Of a DNA stretch of 64,000 bases, positions 18,031 through 28,719 are shown piece after piece. The position numbers and the translations under genes were made by a program. The stretch spans positions 64,001 through 128,000 of the IMG/VR virus record IMGVR_UViG_3300031992_000029; one strand, 5' to 3'. Source of the DNA: a virus (Duplodnaviria; Caudoviricetes). A model generated the notes under the pieces. It was not told the origin of the DNA. It saw nothing but the letters and a program-made list of their open reading frames with translations, and ran no database searches. Every line of letters begins with the position of its first letter. Position 1 is the first letter of the stretch.

Positions 18031-21000
18031 TTAAAAATCCTTATAGTATGAATTGAGTGTAAAGTATATACCATCCCTGGTAAACGATTTACAGAAAATA
18101 ATATCTCCCTTTTTAATCGGATCTTTATTAAACACCCTATTAAATACTGTAAACCTACTTTCTTTACCACTGCCTATTGACTTTGTTATAATCGAATACC
18201 CAAACTGTTTACCGTCTCTTTTTCTACAAAGAGGATAAATGTCCAAGACAAATAGTTTTTGCCTATCCTCATCTTTTCCTGTTGAATATCCGTAATACCC
18301 CATTAGTTCATAGAAATTCTGTATCTTAATTTTGACGTCAAGGTCGTCCATTCCTACAGACTTAACAGCATCTTCGTATTCTCTTAAAATCCCCATTGGG
18401 TCAAGGACAGTATATGATTTTGCCATATCTCCGTTCTTTGTCCTGTTAGTGGAATACTTTTTAATTATTCCCTCTATAATCAGGCCGTCAACCGTATCTA
18501 TCTTTATCTTCTTTACAGCGCCTTTCTTCATAAGATTGCTATAAAAGAAGTCATATATTCTCAACAGCTCTCGCTGATTCCCAAACTCACTAAAGAAATC
18601 TATTTTAATAAGTATTCCAACTTGTCTTGAGTCTATACTCGACCCGGCGTCCATATGTGCTAATAGGTCTACAAATCTGTCATATGTTCTCTCTTTCGAC
18701 ATATCATATAGCTCTTCCGCCAGGCCATCTCCCATATACTTTATAGAAGTTATTCCTTTAGCAATAATTTTTTTATCTTTATCAAAGAAATAATGGCTCT
18801 TTGATAATCCCCATTTTGGCATTGTGATTTTAATACCGACTTTATTCGCGTATGCCGTTCCGTTCTTAATGTCATCTTCATTGGCGGCATTATTTAAGAA
18901 CGAGGTTATGAATTCGATCGGATAGTAGTGTCTGTAATACGCACATAAATATCCTAACAAGCAATATGCAATTGAGTGATTATAACCAAACTGATAGCTT
19001 GCACTATCTTCAATAATCCGAAGAAACTCTTTCGCTTCTTCCTCTGCATCTGCTCTATCTTTTGAAGACTTACTACAGTACCCCTCAAGTATTGACGGCA
19101 TTGCCTTGTCTAATCTATCTTTTTGTTTACGACCGATAGCTCGCCTGACATTATCCGCCTCACTACCAGACAATCCACAGATTTCCTGCAAAAATTTAAT
19201 TGTGTCTTCTTGATAAATTAAGTACCCAAGGTTATCTTTAAGCAATCCGTCGATAATATCTGATGGGTTTTTATGTATCTTCCTTGCTAGTAGGTCATCT
19301 CTGTATGATGTGCCAGAAGGTCTTATACAGGCTGTCACAATCGACATATCGAAAATACTATGTGGCTCAAACCGTCTTAAACACTCTGCCGCAAACGCAC
19401 CTTCAAACTGAAATATACCAACCGGACTGCTTAACATATCGCTCCACACTGCTTGGTCATCCCAGTTTACTTCATGAGTTTTTGGATATGGAATTCCGAT
19501 ATACTCGCATGTATCTTTTATAACTTGCACCGTCTTTAATACTAAAAAATCATATTTTGCAAGACCGGTAAAATCATGTACGTTCTCCATATCGAGCATC
19601 AGACATATATCGCCATCTTTATCAAAGCACCCAAAGTTATCGTCAAGCGTAATTGGACTAATAACCATACCTGCTGGATGCACTGACTGAGAAACCTTTG
19701 TCCCAACAAGACCATCGAGATAATAAAATAGGTCTGGATACTTCTCCTTTGTCTTCTCTGGATTTGATGCGTATTCATCCTTGATCTCAGCTATATTCTT
19801 CAAAGACCACGGATTCCCTGCTTCCGAACCTGGATTTTCTTTTAGCCATTTCTTCGCCAGGTATCTTCCTACATCCTCGATGACCTTTTTATCAAGGGCT
19901 GTGCCAAATGATGCTACCCTTGCTGTCTTTTCCTTACCAAACCTACCTACTATATATTCAAAGATTTTTGGTCTGTCCGGTTCGGTACAGTCTATGTCAA
20001 TATCACCGATCTCCTTACGATCTTCATTAGCGAATCTTGAGAACACTGTATGCCACTGTTCCGGGTTAAGGTCTGTAATGTCTGTGACATATGCCGCTCT
20101 AGACCCTCCAACAGAACCTCTTGCTGGCCCGAGCGGTATTCCGTTATCCTTACACCAACAAGTAAGCTCACTCATTGAAAGCATGAATCCCATCATTTCA
20201 AGTTTCTTAAAAACCCTCATTTCTTCTGGAATTGCAGTCTCAAATCCAGCAACTTGTTCTTGCGTAATTATACCGCGCTCGACCTTTTCCTTAAATTTTT
20301 CCTGCACAACCTGTTCGAACTTTTTCTCGTCTGCTTCACGGCTACCATATAGTATTGGATATTTTATAGATGTATCTAATTCGATATCCTCAACTAAGTC
20401 ATACAACATATTAGTATTTTCGATAGCTGACATATACTCTTCGCTGCTTAGAGCGCCCTGAATCCTAAACATCTCGACTAATTCGTCGTATGTTTTATAT
20501 GTAAGGTCAAGAGAGTCTTCGTCGCCGTAAGATTTACCCTTTGACGCAATCAGTACTCTTCTGCATTCCTCTTTATATTTCGTAGAACTATGGGTGTCAG
20601 TCCCTGCTATAAGAGGCTTATTTAATTGCCTCGATAGCTTTGCGAGTTTCCTATTAAATGCAATCTGGTCAGGATGGTTATGCCCTTGTACTTCAAGAAA
20701 ATCGTACTTTTCGGCAAGTCTCATATACATAGGATGATCTTCTGGCAATCTGTTTAAAGGGGATGCTAAACAGGCGCTCGTAGATATTATGTTGTCAGAA
20801 ATACCAAGAAATTCTTCGAACGTAATTCTATTGTTATAGTAGAAATGGTCTGGATCACATGATTTCGTAACGAGCATGTTAAGTTCTTTGACGCCGTCCA
20901 TGTTTTTTGCCATCAAAACAGTATGATAATTATCTCTTACTTTTGGCTCAAGGTTTTCGGTCATGTAAATCTCTACAGAATGTATATATTTAATACCAGC

Positions 21001-21176
21001 TTCTTTGCATGCCGCCCATTTCTCGGTCCAGTTTAACGGTTTTCCTAACCATGTTCGGATATCGATAATGCTCTTTGATTATTCTCAACAGCCAGCTTTA
21101 CATAATCCTGATATTTTGTACAGGAATCGAGTAAGCTATAATCAGAGTGGCAATGATACATGATATACGAACTCAA
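18031..21176 (-). CDS. dnaE: DNA polymerase III alpha subunit; frame broken by 5 extra nt at about 21046-21050
   Basis: PHP motifs HCHSDYS/SEHG from TTG 21176 (RBS AAGGAGG); GPARGSVGGS, GDIDID, HPAGMVI, KYDFL, FQFE, YQE, YQFGYNH. Confidence 0.92.
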
Positions 21177-21218
21177 CTAAGCACCTCCTTTCAAACTATG
21201 TAACAATAAATCAACACG

Positions 21219-21584
21219 TTATATAATCAACTTTCTTAAATCGCCAGCAATTATATCCTCTTCCTCTTCTTCCATATCAATACAATACGGCTCAAGCCAA
21301 GATTCTTTATACATATACAACCCATTGTCTTCGATCACTCTATAGTAAATGTTTACACCATCGGCGCCACGCATTGATATGGTAAGAACTTTATTGTCGA
21401 ATTCATCCATATATTCAGACCAAAAGGGCCATTCTTCTGTGTCTAATGGTTTTCGCGCAACAACTTTATCGCCTATTGTATATTTGTACATCGACCAATA
21501 GCTTTCTGTTTCTACATCTTTCTTTGCCATATCTTTCTTTGATATCTTATTTTTTATAATATCTATTAGTTTCAAAAGTGCCAT
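21219..21584 (-). CDS. SH3/KOW-like protein with acidic C-terminal tail (dispersed member of the array family)
   Basis: KYTIGDKV...W..YMD...WLEP...EEDIIAGDLRKLII. Confidence 0.65.
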   Translation of the reverse strand: MALLKLIDIIKNKISKKDMAKKDVETESYWSMYKYTIGDKVVARKPLDTEEWPFWSEYMDEFDNKVLTISMRGADGVNIYYRVIEDNGLYMYKESWLEPYCIDMEEEEEDIIAGDLRKLII

Positions 21585-21588
21585 AATA

Positions 21589-21903
21589 CTACCCGAATAA
21601 ATCGCCTATATCTTCTGCGATTATATTTTCATCATCTAAATCTTTCGCGGCAACATTAGATGTATCGATAACATTTATAAGATCCAAGACGCTACATACA
21701 CCAGCCAAGGAGTCTCTCATACTACCATAATTTAATCTACAATTGGCGTTCATATCAGATGTATACCATGTGTTAAAATTCCACGTAGGCGGGCTTAATC
21801 TTATACGTGAATAATCATATGTGCCGTAAATATTCTGTGTCTGATTGGCAACCCCGTATGCAAACAAAGGATTCGCAGTAGTTGTATTATCAAAATCCAT
21901 CAT
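21589..21903 (-). CDS. Hypothetical protein carrying the acidic tail
   Basis: Ends DDENIIAEDIGDLFG. Confidence 0.55.
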   Translation of the reverse strand: MMDFDNTTTANPLFAYGVANQTQNIYGTYDYSRIRLSPPTWNFNTWYTSDMNANCRLNYGSMRDSLAGVCSVLDLINVIDTSNVAAKDLDDENIIAEDIGDLFG

Positions 21904-22514
21904 AATAACTCCTTTAAATTCCCCGGTTCTATATCGTCTCTAATCCTATGCACATCATACCTCTTTCTAATTTTCTGTGCTCTATCTGAAATATCTCTTG
22001 AATAAATTTTGGCGCCATCTTCATCTTTAGAAAATATTCTCCAGCTTCTTGTGTCAGCCATTTTATTGGGAACTTCTGGGTCATTATTCACTTCATCCCA
22101 AAACTCTTTATTTTTATAACAATCTCTGCACCAAGGTTCCTCCCATCCATCATAAAGATGAGGTACATCTGGCTTTCCGCATATCCAACAAACATTCCTT
22201 GACAAAGCACTATAATCATCTATGATTCTATCTACTTCTTCGGGACATTTACCATTATGATAAAAACGAAGTTCACCAAATTTTTCTTTAGCTTGTTCAG
22301 CAAAAAAATCATAAAGCTGACCGCTTTCTTCAAGTAATGGTTTAATATCTTCAGCCATACAAAGAATTAAATCTTCCCAACCCTCTGGGATTTCTATGTC
22401 TAAAATAGTTGCCTTATAATCCCATTTATAAGTTTGTGTGCTTCTATCCCACCACATATATCTCAAGAACGGATACTCATCTATAATCTTTTTATTTTCC
22501 TCTTCTGTCCTCAA
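21900..22514 (-). CDS. Hypothetical phage protein (KEKFGELR motif, two CxxC) with tail-like end
   Basis: QAKEKFGELRFY, CWICG, CRDC; ends DDIEPGNLKELL. Confidence 0.6.
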   Translation of the reverse strand: MRTEEENKKIIDEYPFLRYMWWDRSTQTYKWDYKATILDIEIPEGWEDLILCMAEDIKPLLEESGQLYDFFAEQAKEKFGELRFYHNGKCPEEVDRIIDDYSALSRNVCWICGKPDVPHLYDGWEEPWCRDCYKNKEFWDEVNNDPEVPNKMADTRSWRIFSKDEDGAKIYSRDISDRAQKIRKRYDVHRIRDDIEPGNLKELL

Positions 22515-22534
22515 CTTGCTTTATACCTCCGTTG

Positions 22535-23521
22535 TTATTTTAGTTTGAACCTTCTGTCATACAACTTCATAAATACATCTTTCCCTTTATCAACTGGAGA
22601 ATCTTTAGCGTCAAGCAAGTCTTCAAAGTCGTATAGATAATACACATTTACATACCTTTTAAGCCTTTGGATATTTTTGTCAGCTCTAATATTTACATCC
22701 TTGTCTAATGCAAACACGACATCGCATCCAAGTTTTGCAAGGATTTTCATCTGATTTTCACTAAGATGCGACGTAAGTATTGCTCCACAATTATCAATTC
22801 CCCATGTATCTGCAAGTAAAACACTCTTACACCCCTCGAATATGACTACTTCGTGCTTTTCTTTAATCTTATCCATGTTTTCAGGGACACCATAAATAGT
22901 ATTTATTGTTCCCCATGAATAAAAATAACAGTATTTTCTTTGACCGTCTTCTTTCCATGTAGGACTGAGAGCTCTGCCGCCAATATTTACAATCCTGTTA
23001 TTCATATCTCTTATTGGATACACAAGTCTGTCTGAAAATGCATCGTAGTACACTTGATATTTATCCAGAGACTCACGAGAAATCCCTTCGTCTTCCCACA
23101 CGACTAGCTTATCTTCTTTCTTCTCATATCTATCCATACAATCATCTGGAAGAACTGTCGCAGTTGATTGCTTATGTGTTTTCTCGTGTGTATTCGAATA
23201 CTTTTTTGCAACTTTTACAGCATCTAACATAGACGATAGTCCGCCGACCTCGCCTTCATACCCGGCATACTTTTTCATTATGTCTACTACCTGTATCGGT
23301 GTACAGTTATAGTACTCTTTTATAAATGTGTATAAATTTCCGCCCTTGCCAGAGCTATAATCGTAGAAAAATGGTGGGTCTTTTCTAATAGAAAACGACG
23401 GTGTCTTCTCGTCCTTAAACGGTGATAACCCCCACCATTCATCACCCTTTTGTTCCAGATCTACGAATTGTGATATGTATTCTACGATATCAATAGATCG
23501 AATTAAGTCCTTTATATCCAT
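22535..23521 (-). CDS. dnaG: DnaG-type primase
   Basis: CHC2-like N-terminus (PF..EKTPSF), R..YPI, GGR, KY, TOPRIM EG...LDKD. Confidence 0.9.
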   Translation of the reverse strand: MDIKDLIRSIDIVEYISQFVDLEQKGDEWWGLSPFKDEKTPSFSIRKDPPFFYDYSSGKGGNLYTFIKEYYNCTPIQVVDIMKKYAGYEGEVGGLSSMLDAVKVAKKYSNTHEKTHKQSTATVLPDDCMDRYEKKEDKLVVWEDEGISRESLDKYQVYYDAFSDRLVYPIRDMNNRIVNIGGRALSPTWKEDGQRKYCYFYSWGTINTIYGVPENMDKIKEKHEVVIFEGCKSVLLADTWGIDNCGAILTSHLSENQMKILAKLGCDVVFALDKDVNIRADKNIQRLKRYVNVYYLYDFEDLLDAKDSPVDKGKDVFMKLYDRRFKLK

Positions 23522-23552
23522 CCGTTCCCTTTATTGTCGAACTTACGCTACA

Positions 23553-24878
23553 TTAGTACGGCGTTTGTGGTATCGCCTGTTTAACAGCCTGTTCATAGGA
23601 GATAATATTTCCGTTAAAATCTAATGAAATATACTCACCCTCAGCGTGTTGCATGCCATTCCTATTAACCGTGACAATCATTTTTTTATTACCGCACTCT
23701 TTTCCGTCGGCTTCGATTTCTTGTGGGGTTTTATCCTCAATCATTATAATCGTAGACGCATTTCTCGCTATCTTCGCTGAATCCGCAAGCCTGTTATACT
23801 GTGTTGCCTGTGCCGCTCCGATTCCTGCTATATTCATCGAGCCGCAGATTTCATTTTTGATAACATCAACGCATTTTCCCATTGACGCATATGTTTGAAA
23901 CGCGTCTGTTTCGTTACCTGTCGATTTAAAGTAATCTACGATAAGAACATCAACAGGATAAATATGATTCATTTTTCTAACAGCAGTATAAATACTCTCA
24001 CTATCGAAGAACGGAAGATAAATGTGGTTGAAATGCTGATGTTTGATCCAGTCAAGCGCTCTTCTAATTCTTTGGTACTCTTCCTTGTTATAATTTCCTG
24101 ATGTTATATTCCTGTACTCTATCTGTGTTAGATGTGATATCAACCTCGCTGTAAATAATCTACTCGACAGCTCAGAATCTATGTATAATACTGAATACCC
24201 TTTCTTCATCAGATCAACGGCGCAATTAAGCAACATTATGCTCTTGCCAACCTTTTGTTGTGCACCAAAAATCACAAGCTCGCCGCGCTCTATTGTTACA
24301 TAGTCGTTTAATGCTGGAAACTTGAACGGAATTCCGGCGTATCCTGTCTCTTGTCTAGATTGGATTTCCGCCCAATACGAATCGACCTTTTCGGTGTACT
24401 GTTCTATACCATCATTGTACGAATACGACGTCATCACACCGTCTATGATGTTATATATCTTTTCCTTTACGCCTTCCTCGTCATCTTTCAGGCAAAGTTG
24501 CTTACACATTGCAAGGCTCTTCGACATCTCCCTACGAAACGCTGCATCCCAGACATTTGAAACGAGTACCTGGTATTCTTCAAGACTGCCTCTGGAAAGA
24601 ACATCACTCATTGTTATTAGCTCTTGCAAACTTTCTAACTGAATGACATCCTTATTTGCCGGATCATTTATGGCAACCCATTCTGTTATGTTAAACGCAT
24701 CAATCGTTGTGATTCCTTCCTTTGCCATACCAGTTATGGCATTGTAAAGAATCCTATTGTCTCTATTTGTAAAATGTTCTTTCTGTAAATACTCAGAGTG
24801 GAACGAAAAATCAGGGTGGTGGATTAATGTGGCAATAATACCTGACTCACTCTCTATCCTGTTAATTTCCTCTGCCAT
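23553..24878 (-). CDS. dnaB: DnaB-like replicative helicase
   Basis: GELVIFGA..KVGKS, SEL, IVDY, AQ, ADS.KI, NRNG motifs. Confidence 0.9.
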   Translation of the reverse strand: MAEEINRIESESGIIATLIHHPDFSFHSEYLQKEHFTNRDNRILYNAITGMAKEGITTIDAFNITEWVAINDPANKDVIQLESLQELITMSDVLSRGSLEEYQVLVSNVWDAAFRREMSKSLAMCKQLCLKDDEEGVKEKIYNIIDGVMTSYSYNDGIEQYTEKVDSYWAEIQSRQETGYAGIPFKFPALNDYVTIERGELVIFGAQQKVGKSIMLLNCAVDLMKKGYSVLYIDSELSSRLFTARLISHLTQIEYRNITSGNYNKEEYQRIRRALDWIKHQHFNHIYLPFFDSESIYTAVRKMNHIYPVDVLIVDYFKSTGNETDAFQTYASMGKCVDVIKNEICGSMNIAGIGAAQATQYNRLADSAKIARNASTIIMIEDKTPQEIEADGKECGNKKMIVTVNRNGMQHAEGEYISLDFNGNIISYEQAVKQAIPQTPY

Positions 24879-24889
24879 CTACCACACTC

Positions 24890-25666
24890 CTATCTGCATA
24901 ACCAATAATCACACTCTTCATTAAACCCGCAAAGATAGTAGCACGGGAAGAAATCAACATACGGCGGAAATTTATCCTCGTCCATAGCCATATTGATTAC
25001 ACCTTTTACCCAACCAATTGTTTCGTTATATTTATCTATGTTAAATTCTTCCTTAATAAATACATTTTCTTTAAAACAGTTGAAACATAGGTACTTTGGA
25101 TACTTCCCGTACTTCTGATAAACCCATGCAGAATAAACGTATAGTTGCTTAAGCATACTATCTAGTTCCATATCTTTTAGGGTTGGTTTTTTACGTGCGC
25201 TCCTTGGTTTTAAATCCCTCGATTTGTTATCGACTATGACGTACTCACCATCTACCTCGCCAAAGTAGTCTATAACTCCTACGAATGGAATTCCGTCTAT
25301 ATTAAATTCTACTTTTTCCTCAACGGAAATCATATTAAATGGGAAAGGCTCCAGGGTGTCAAAGTAATTGCATCCTTTCTCAAGATAATCCCTTACAATT
25401 TTATCCGACGGCCTGAATCCTTTTACTTCTTTGGAAAAATCAAACAGGAATTTTATTTTTAGGTCTTCTCTCGAAGTTCCTTCCTTATAATATTCTTCAA
25501 TCAGCTTATGCATAAACTTCCCGTAGCTCGCATAGAACATTTCCTGTTCTTCTTGACCGTAGATGTACTTCGTATAAAATTTATACGGGCACTGCTCAAA
25601 ACATGACACCCTGGAATAGCTCCATACCATGTCCTCTATAAGAGGACGATAACTTACCTCACCCAT
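24890..25666 (-). CDS. PD-(D/E)XK exonuclease (AddB/Cas4-like)
   Basis: WSYS...CP, G...H, GVID, VDNKS, QL.VY, C-terminal C..C.....C. Confidence 0.85.
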   Translation of the reverse strand: MGEVSYRPLIEDMVWSYSRVSCFEQCPYKFYTKYIYGQEEQEMFYASYGKFMHKLIEEYYKEGTSREDLKIKFLFDFSKEVKGFRPSDKIVRDYLEKGCNYFDTLEPFPFNMISVEEKVEFNIDGIPFVGVIDYFGEVDGEYVIVDNKSRDLKPRSARKKPTLKDMELDSMLKQLYVYSAWVYQKYGKYPKYLCFNCFKENVFIKEEFNIDKYNETIGWVKGVINMAMDEDKFPPYVDFFPCYYLCGFNEECDYWLCR

Positions 25667-25674
25667 ATATCAAA

Positions 25675-26091
25675 TTAGAAAGGAAGACCTTCGTCGTCGA
25701 TCTCTCCGTCGCCAACGTTGTTGACATAGTCATCAATACTTCCGTGTGCTCCACCGCTAGTTTTGGGTGCCTGCTGAGCTCCTGTATTTCCGTCGAGTTC
25801 ATCCTGTGTCTTGAAGCTAAACACTTTGAAGTCGGTATATGTAGTATTCTTTTCCTTGACGTATCTGTTACTTACATCGACATCGCCGAGCTGAATTCTA
25901 TCTCTCTCCTTAAGCGACAGAGCCTTCCTTGCAGCAGCAGTTCCAACAAATGTGATGAATCCACTGAAGTCCTGAACATACTCTCCTGTATCCCTGTTCT
26001 TCCTGCTAATAGATACTCTGCCTTTTGTCATCGTATCTGAGATAGGTGACACTTCCCATACTGTGCAAAACGCATCTTTTCTAAATCCCAA
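25675..26091 (-). CDS. ssb: Single-stranded DNA-binding protein
   Basis: OB-fold-sized body, G-rich linker, C-terminal DDEGLPF. Confidence 0.8.
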   Translation of the reverse strand: MGFRKDAFCTVWEVSPISDTMTKGRVSISRKNRDTGEYVQDFSGFITFVGTAAARKALSLKERDRIQLGDVDVSNRYVKEKNTTYTDFKVFSFKTQDELDGNTGAQQAPKTSGGAHGSIDDYVNNVGDGEIDDEGLPF

Positions 26092-26108
26092 ATTGCTACC
26101 TCTCTTTC

Positions 26109-26810
26109 TTATGCTAAAAACTGTTTATTAAAATCTTCGAGAAGTTTTGCGGCAAGCTGAGGATCTTTAATCGTGTTATAATTACCACTCTTTACAAACC
26201 TCGTTACCAGCTTCTTAACTTCGTCGGATTTATCCTGATGGTCGGAAAGGAACGCTCTGATTCTTCTATCGACTTCCGCAATGATCTGTTCAGCGACATT
26301 CCTATCTTCCTTTACCTCTGCCTCTTTCTGCTTACTTCTATACGCATCAACATCGTTATCTGTCTGGGCGATCTGGAAGTAATCAGTAAGGAAATACCTG
26401 GTTGTATATGTAAGTGCAGAGCCAAATGCCTGTGACGGATCAGCCTGTGAACCAACCGCAAACCACGGTACTACAATTCTGTCCTCAGGATTGTCATCGT
26501 CAACCCATGTAAATGTCATCTCCATACATACAAGCATTTCGCATGTTCTCTTCTCATACGCATCGCCAGTCTTATTAAACTTTGTCTCTACAATGATATT
26601 CTGCTGGACACTTGATGTTCCAGGCACAATGCTAGGAATAAGCGATACACGATACTTCTTCATACCAGCTGTAATGTTCGCTAGAATTGATGTGATATCG
26701 GCGTATGTGTAGTTGTAACCACGCTTATCTTTGGAAACTACATCAGAAATTTCTCGAATCTTAGCCAGCTTCTGAATAAGATTCATTGTTGATACATCTT
26801 CTTTTGCCAA
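26109..26810 (-). CDS. erf: ERF-family single-strand annealing protein
   Basis: YNYTYA.I, Q.FGSALTY..RY.L...F.I...DND motif. Confidence 0.85.
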   Translation of the reverse strand: MAKEDVSTMNLIQKLAKIREISDVVSKDKRGYNYTYADITSILANITAGMKKYRVSLIPSIVPGTSSVQQNIIVETKFNKTGDAYEKRTCEMLVCMEMTFTWVDDDNPEDRIVVPWFAVGSQADPSQAFGSALTYTTRYFLTDYFQIAQTDNDVDAYRSKQKEAEVKEDRNVAEQIIAEVDRRIRAFLSDHQDKSDEVKKLVTRFVKSGNYNTIKDPQLAAKLLEDFNKQFLA

Positions 26811-26821
26811 TAGCTACCTCC

Positions 26822-27427
26822 TCATTCACTTTCTCTTAAAAATGTTGCTGCTTCGTCTGCTACATGCAGAGCCCATGCAAATGGGAACTGTTCATATGAA
26901 TTTCCTACATATTCATTATCGAAGGAACCCATATGGCAATTTACCGCTACGGCCTCTTCTGGCTTAAGCCTAATAAAAGACTGTAACAAGTAAACCGACT
27001 TGCTTCCATGACCTCCGAACTTGAATTTTTCGTCGACCATAAATGCGTCATACGATTCCCATTTACCATTTTCGTTTTTTCTGTTGCGCTTCTCGCTTCC
27101 ATAGAAATCAACCTTGCAAAGATCGTGCATCAGCGAACAGATAATAACACTCTCTTCGTCAACTTCTATTTCTTTGTACGCATCAAGAATTTTCACCAGT
27201 TCGTGATACACGTTTAATGAATGTTGTAGGAGTCCACCTACATATGCGCCATGGTATCTAGTGCTAGCTGGTGCAGTATAAAAATCAGAAGCGTCGAGCC
27301 ATTTAAGTAAGTTATCAAAACCTCTTCTTTCGACCTTAGCACAAATCTCAAGGAATTCCTCTTTATTCTTCTGGTTTATTTCGTATTGCGTAAGTCCTCT
27401 TTCCTCGTCCATATACACTCCCTTCAT
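26822..27427 (-). CDS. HD-domain hydrolase
   Basis: APAS.RYH...GGLL.HS, HDLCK, H, HMG, H.AD motifs. Confidence 0.85.
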   Translation of the reverse strand: MKGVYMDEERGLTQYEINQKNKEEFLEICAKVERRGFDNLLKWLDASDFYTAPASTRYHGAYVGGLLQHSLNVYHELVKILDAYKEIEVDEESVIICSLMHDLCKVDFYGSEKRNRKNENGKWESYDAFMVDEKFKFGGHGSKSVYLLQSFIRLKPEEAVAVNCHMGSFDNEYVGNSYEQFPFAWALHVADEAATFLRESE

Positions 27428-27452
27428 TCAATATGTATAAGAATGGTTAATT

Positions 27453-27815
27453 TTACTTAACAGTAATGACTTTTATCTCCCCAACAATCTTAAGAACGGC
27501 CTTTGCTGTAGGAGACGCTAACCACCCAGAAAGACTAACAAGTGAACAAGCTCCAATCGTAAAAGAGATGGCTATCATTAAAAATGGAATGATAGTAAAT
27601 GCACTATTGTAAAAGAATTCATTCCCATCCTTATTGTCATATTTCCATGCCTTAGGCAAGAAGTACATTCCTGCACTAAAAACCGCTGCAGATATAATGA
27701 AAATCATAAACCATTCTGTTGTTTCTGACTTTGCCAACTCTGGAATTAGGCGATCCATTGAGGTACCTAACTTTTCGCATAGATTATTAACGACATCATT
27801 AATTTCACTACCCAA
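27453..27815 (-). CDS. Membrane protein, paralog of 27850-28209
   Basis: Two TM segments; shares 'CEKLGT...LIPELA', 'LPKAWKYD', 'W.ASPTA'. Confidence 0.65.
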   Translation of the reverse strand: MGSEINDVVNNLCEKLGTSMDRLIPELAKSETTEWFMIFIISAAVFSAGMYFLPKAWKYDNKDGNEFFYNSAFTIIPFLMIAISFTIGACSLVSLSGWLASPTAKAVLKIVGEIKVITVK

Positions 27816-27849
27816 TTAACTAACCTCCTATTTACACTCTCTTAACACA

Positions 27850-28209
27850 TTAACTTGTTATTTTTTCTACCATTTTGACAATCTCTATTACTGAACTTGC
27901 AGTTGGCGATGCGATCCAGCCAACCAGATCGACTACAGAAATAAAAAACAAGATACAATTCATAGATATTACTAGGAATGGAATGACTGTTATTGCACTG
28001 TCTCTATTGTTGCGGTCATATTTCCACGCCTTTGGTAAAAAATAGAGTGCAATGATAATAAATATAAGTGACATTAATAATGTTGCTACATTAGTACAGA
28101 TTTCCATCCTTGCTAACTCTGGAATTAAAAATTCTGTTGTCGTACCTAGCTTCTCGCAAATATTATCAATTACGGCGTTAACTTCTGCGCCCATATTTCT
28201 CTCCTCCAA
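27850..28209 (-). CDS. Membrane protein, paralog of 27453-27815
   Basis: Tandem duplicate of its neighbour. Confidence 0.65.
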   Translation of the reverse strand: MEERNMGAEVNAVIDNICEKLGTTTEFLIPELARMEICTNVATLLMSLIFIIIALYFLPKAWKYDRNNRDSAITVIPFLVISMNCILFFISVVDLVGWIASPTASSVIEIVKMVEKITS

Positions 28210-28218
28210 TGTTTAGAT

Positions 28219-28719
28219 TTAGCATGACATGACAGCAGTTCCATCGCCGTAATACTGCCAGATAAGTTTTGCATTTTTCACACAAATCGCGAATCCAAAC
28301 GGGTTCTTTTTAGACGATTTATATACCTTTCCTTTGGAATTCCTTGCATATCCATGAATTTCTACAGGATATTTGAGTTCATGTTCGTAGCAATCAATAC
28401 GCACACAATAGTCGTACCAGTTACTACCGTCTTTATATTTGCGCGTGTCTGTATCCTTGTTGCGAATCAAAAAGTAGTGCTTGTTCGGATCAAGATAGTC
28501 GCTACACACGCACCTGAAGCTATCCTTCAGCTTCTTATTCTTAAACAAATACATACGACCGCCTTGAATATCAATGATAATGGCTCTGCCATTTTCATCG
28601 ACTGCTTTATTTAAGGCCGTATATACTTTCTTCGGAACTGCTGTGGCTGCTGTTGCCTGATTCGGCACGATAAACGAGATGATAAGAATTAGTGCGATGA
28701 GTTTTGTAAGTTTCTTCAT
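28219..28719 (-). CDS. Secreted protein, degenerate YkuD/L,D-transpeptidase-like
   Basis: Signal peptide MKKL...ATA; 'IIIDI...MYLFKN', 'EIHG', 'AKLIW....GTAV'; the HGC motif is absent. Confidence 0.5.
   Translation of the reverse strand: MKKLTKLIALILIISFIVPNQATAATAVPKKVYTALNKAVDENGRAIIIDIQGGRMYLFKNKKLKDSFRCVCSDYLDPNKHYFLIRNKDTDTRKYKDGSNWYDYCVRIDCYEHELKYPVEIHGYARNSKGKVYKSSKKNPFGFAICVKNAKLIWQYYGDGTAVMSC

Noticed and set aside
21045-21047. Genome-wide TAG stop-codon recoding
   Set aside because: Read-through of this TAG would not restore the frame (TAA follows), many genes end normally in TAG, and no CUA-anticodon tRNA was seen.
24890-25666. cas4 as part of a CRISPR locus
   Set aside because: Sits in an ERF-SSB-exonuclease-helicase recombination/replication module; no other cas genes.
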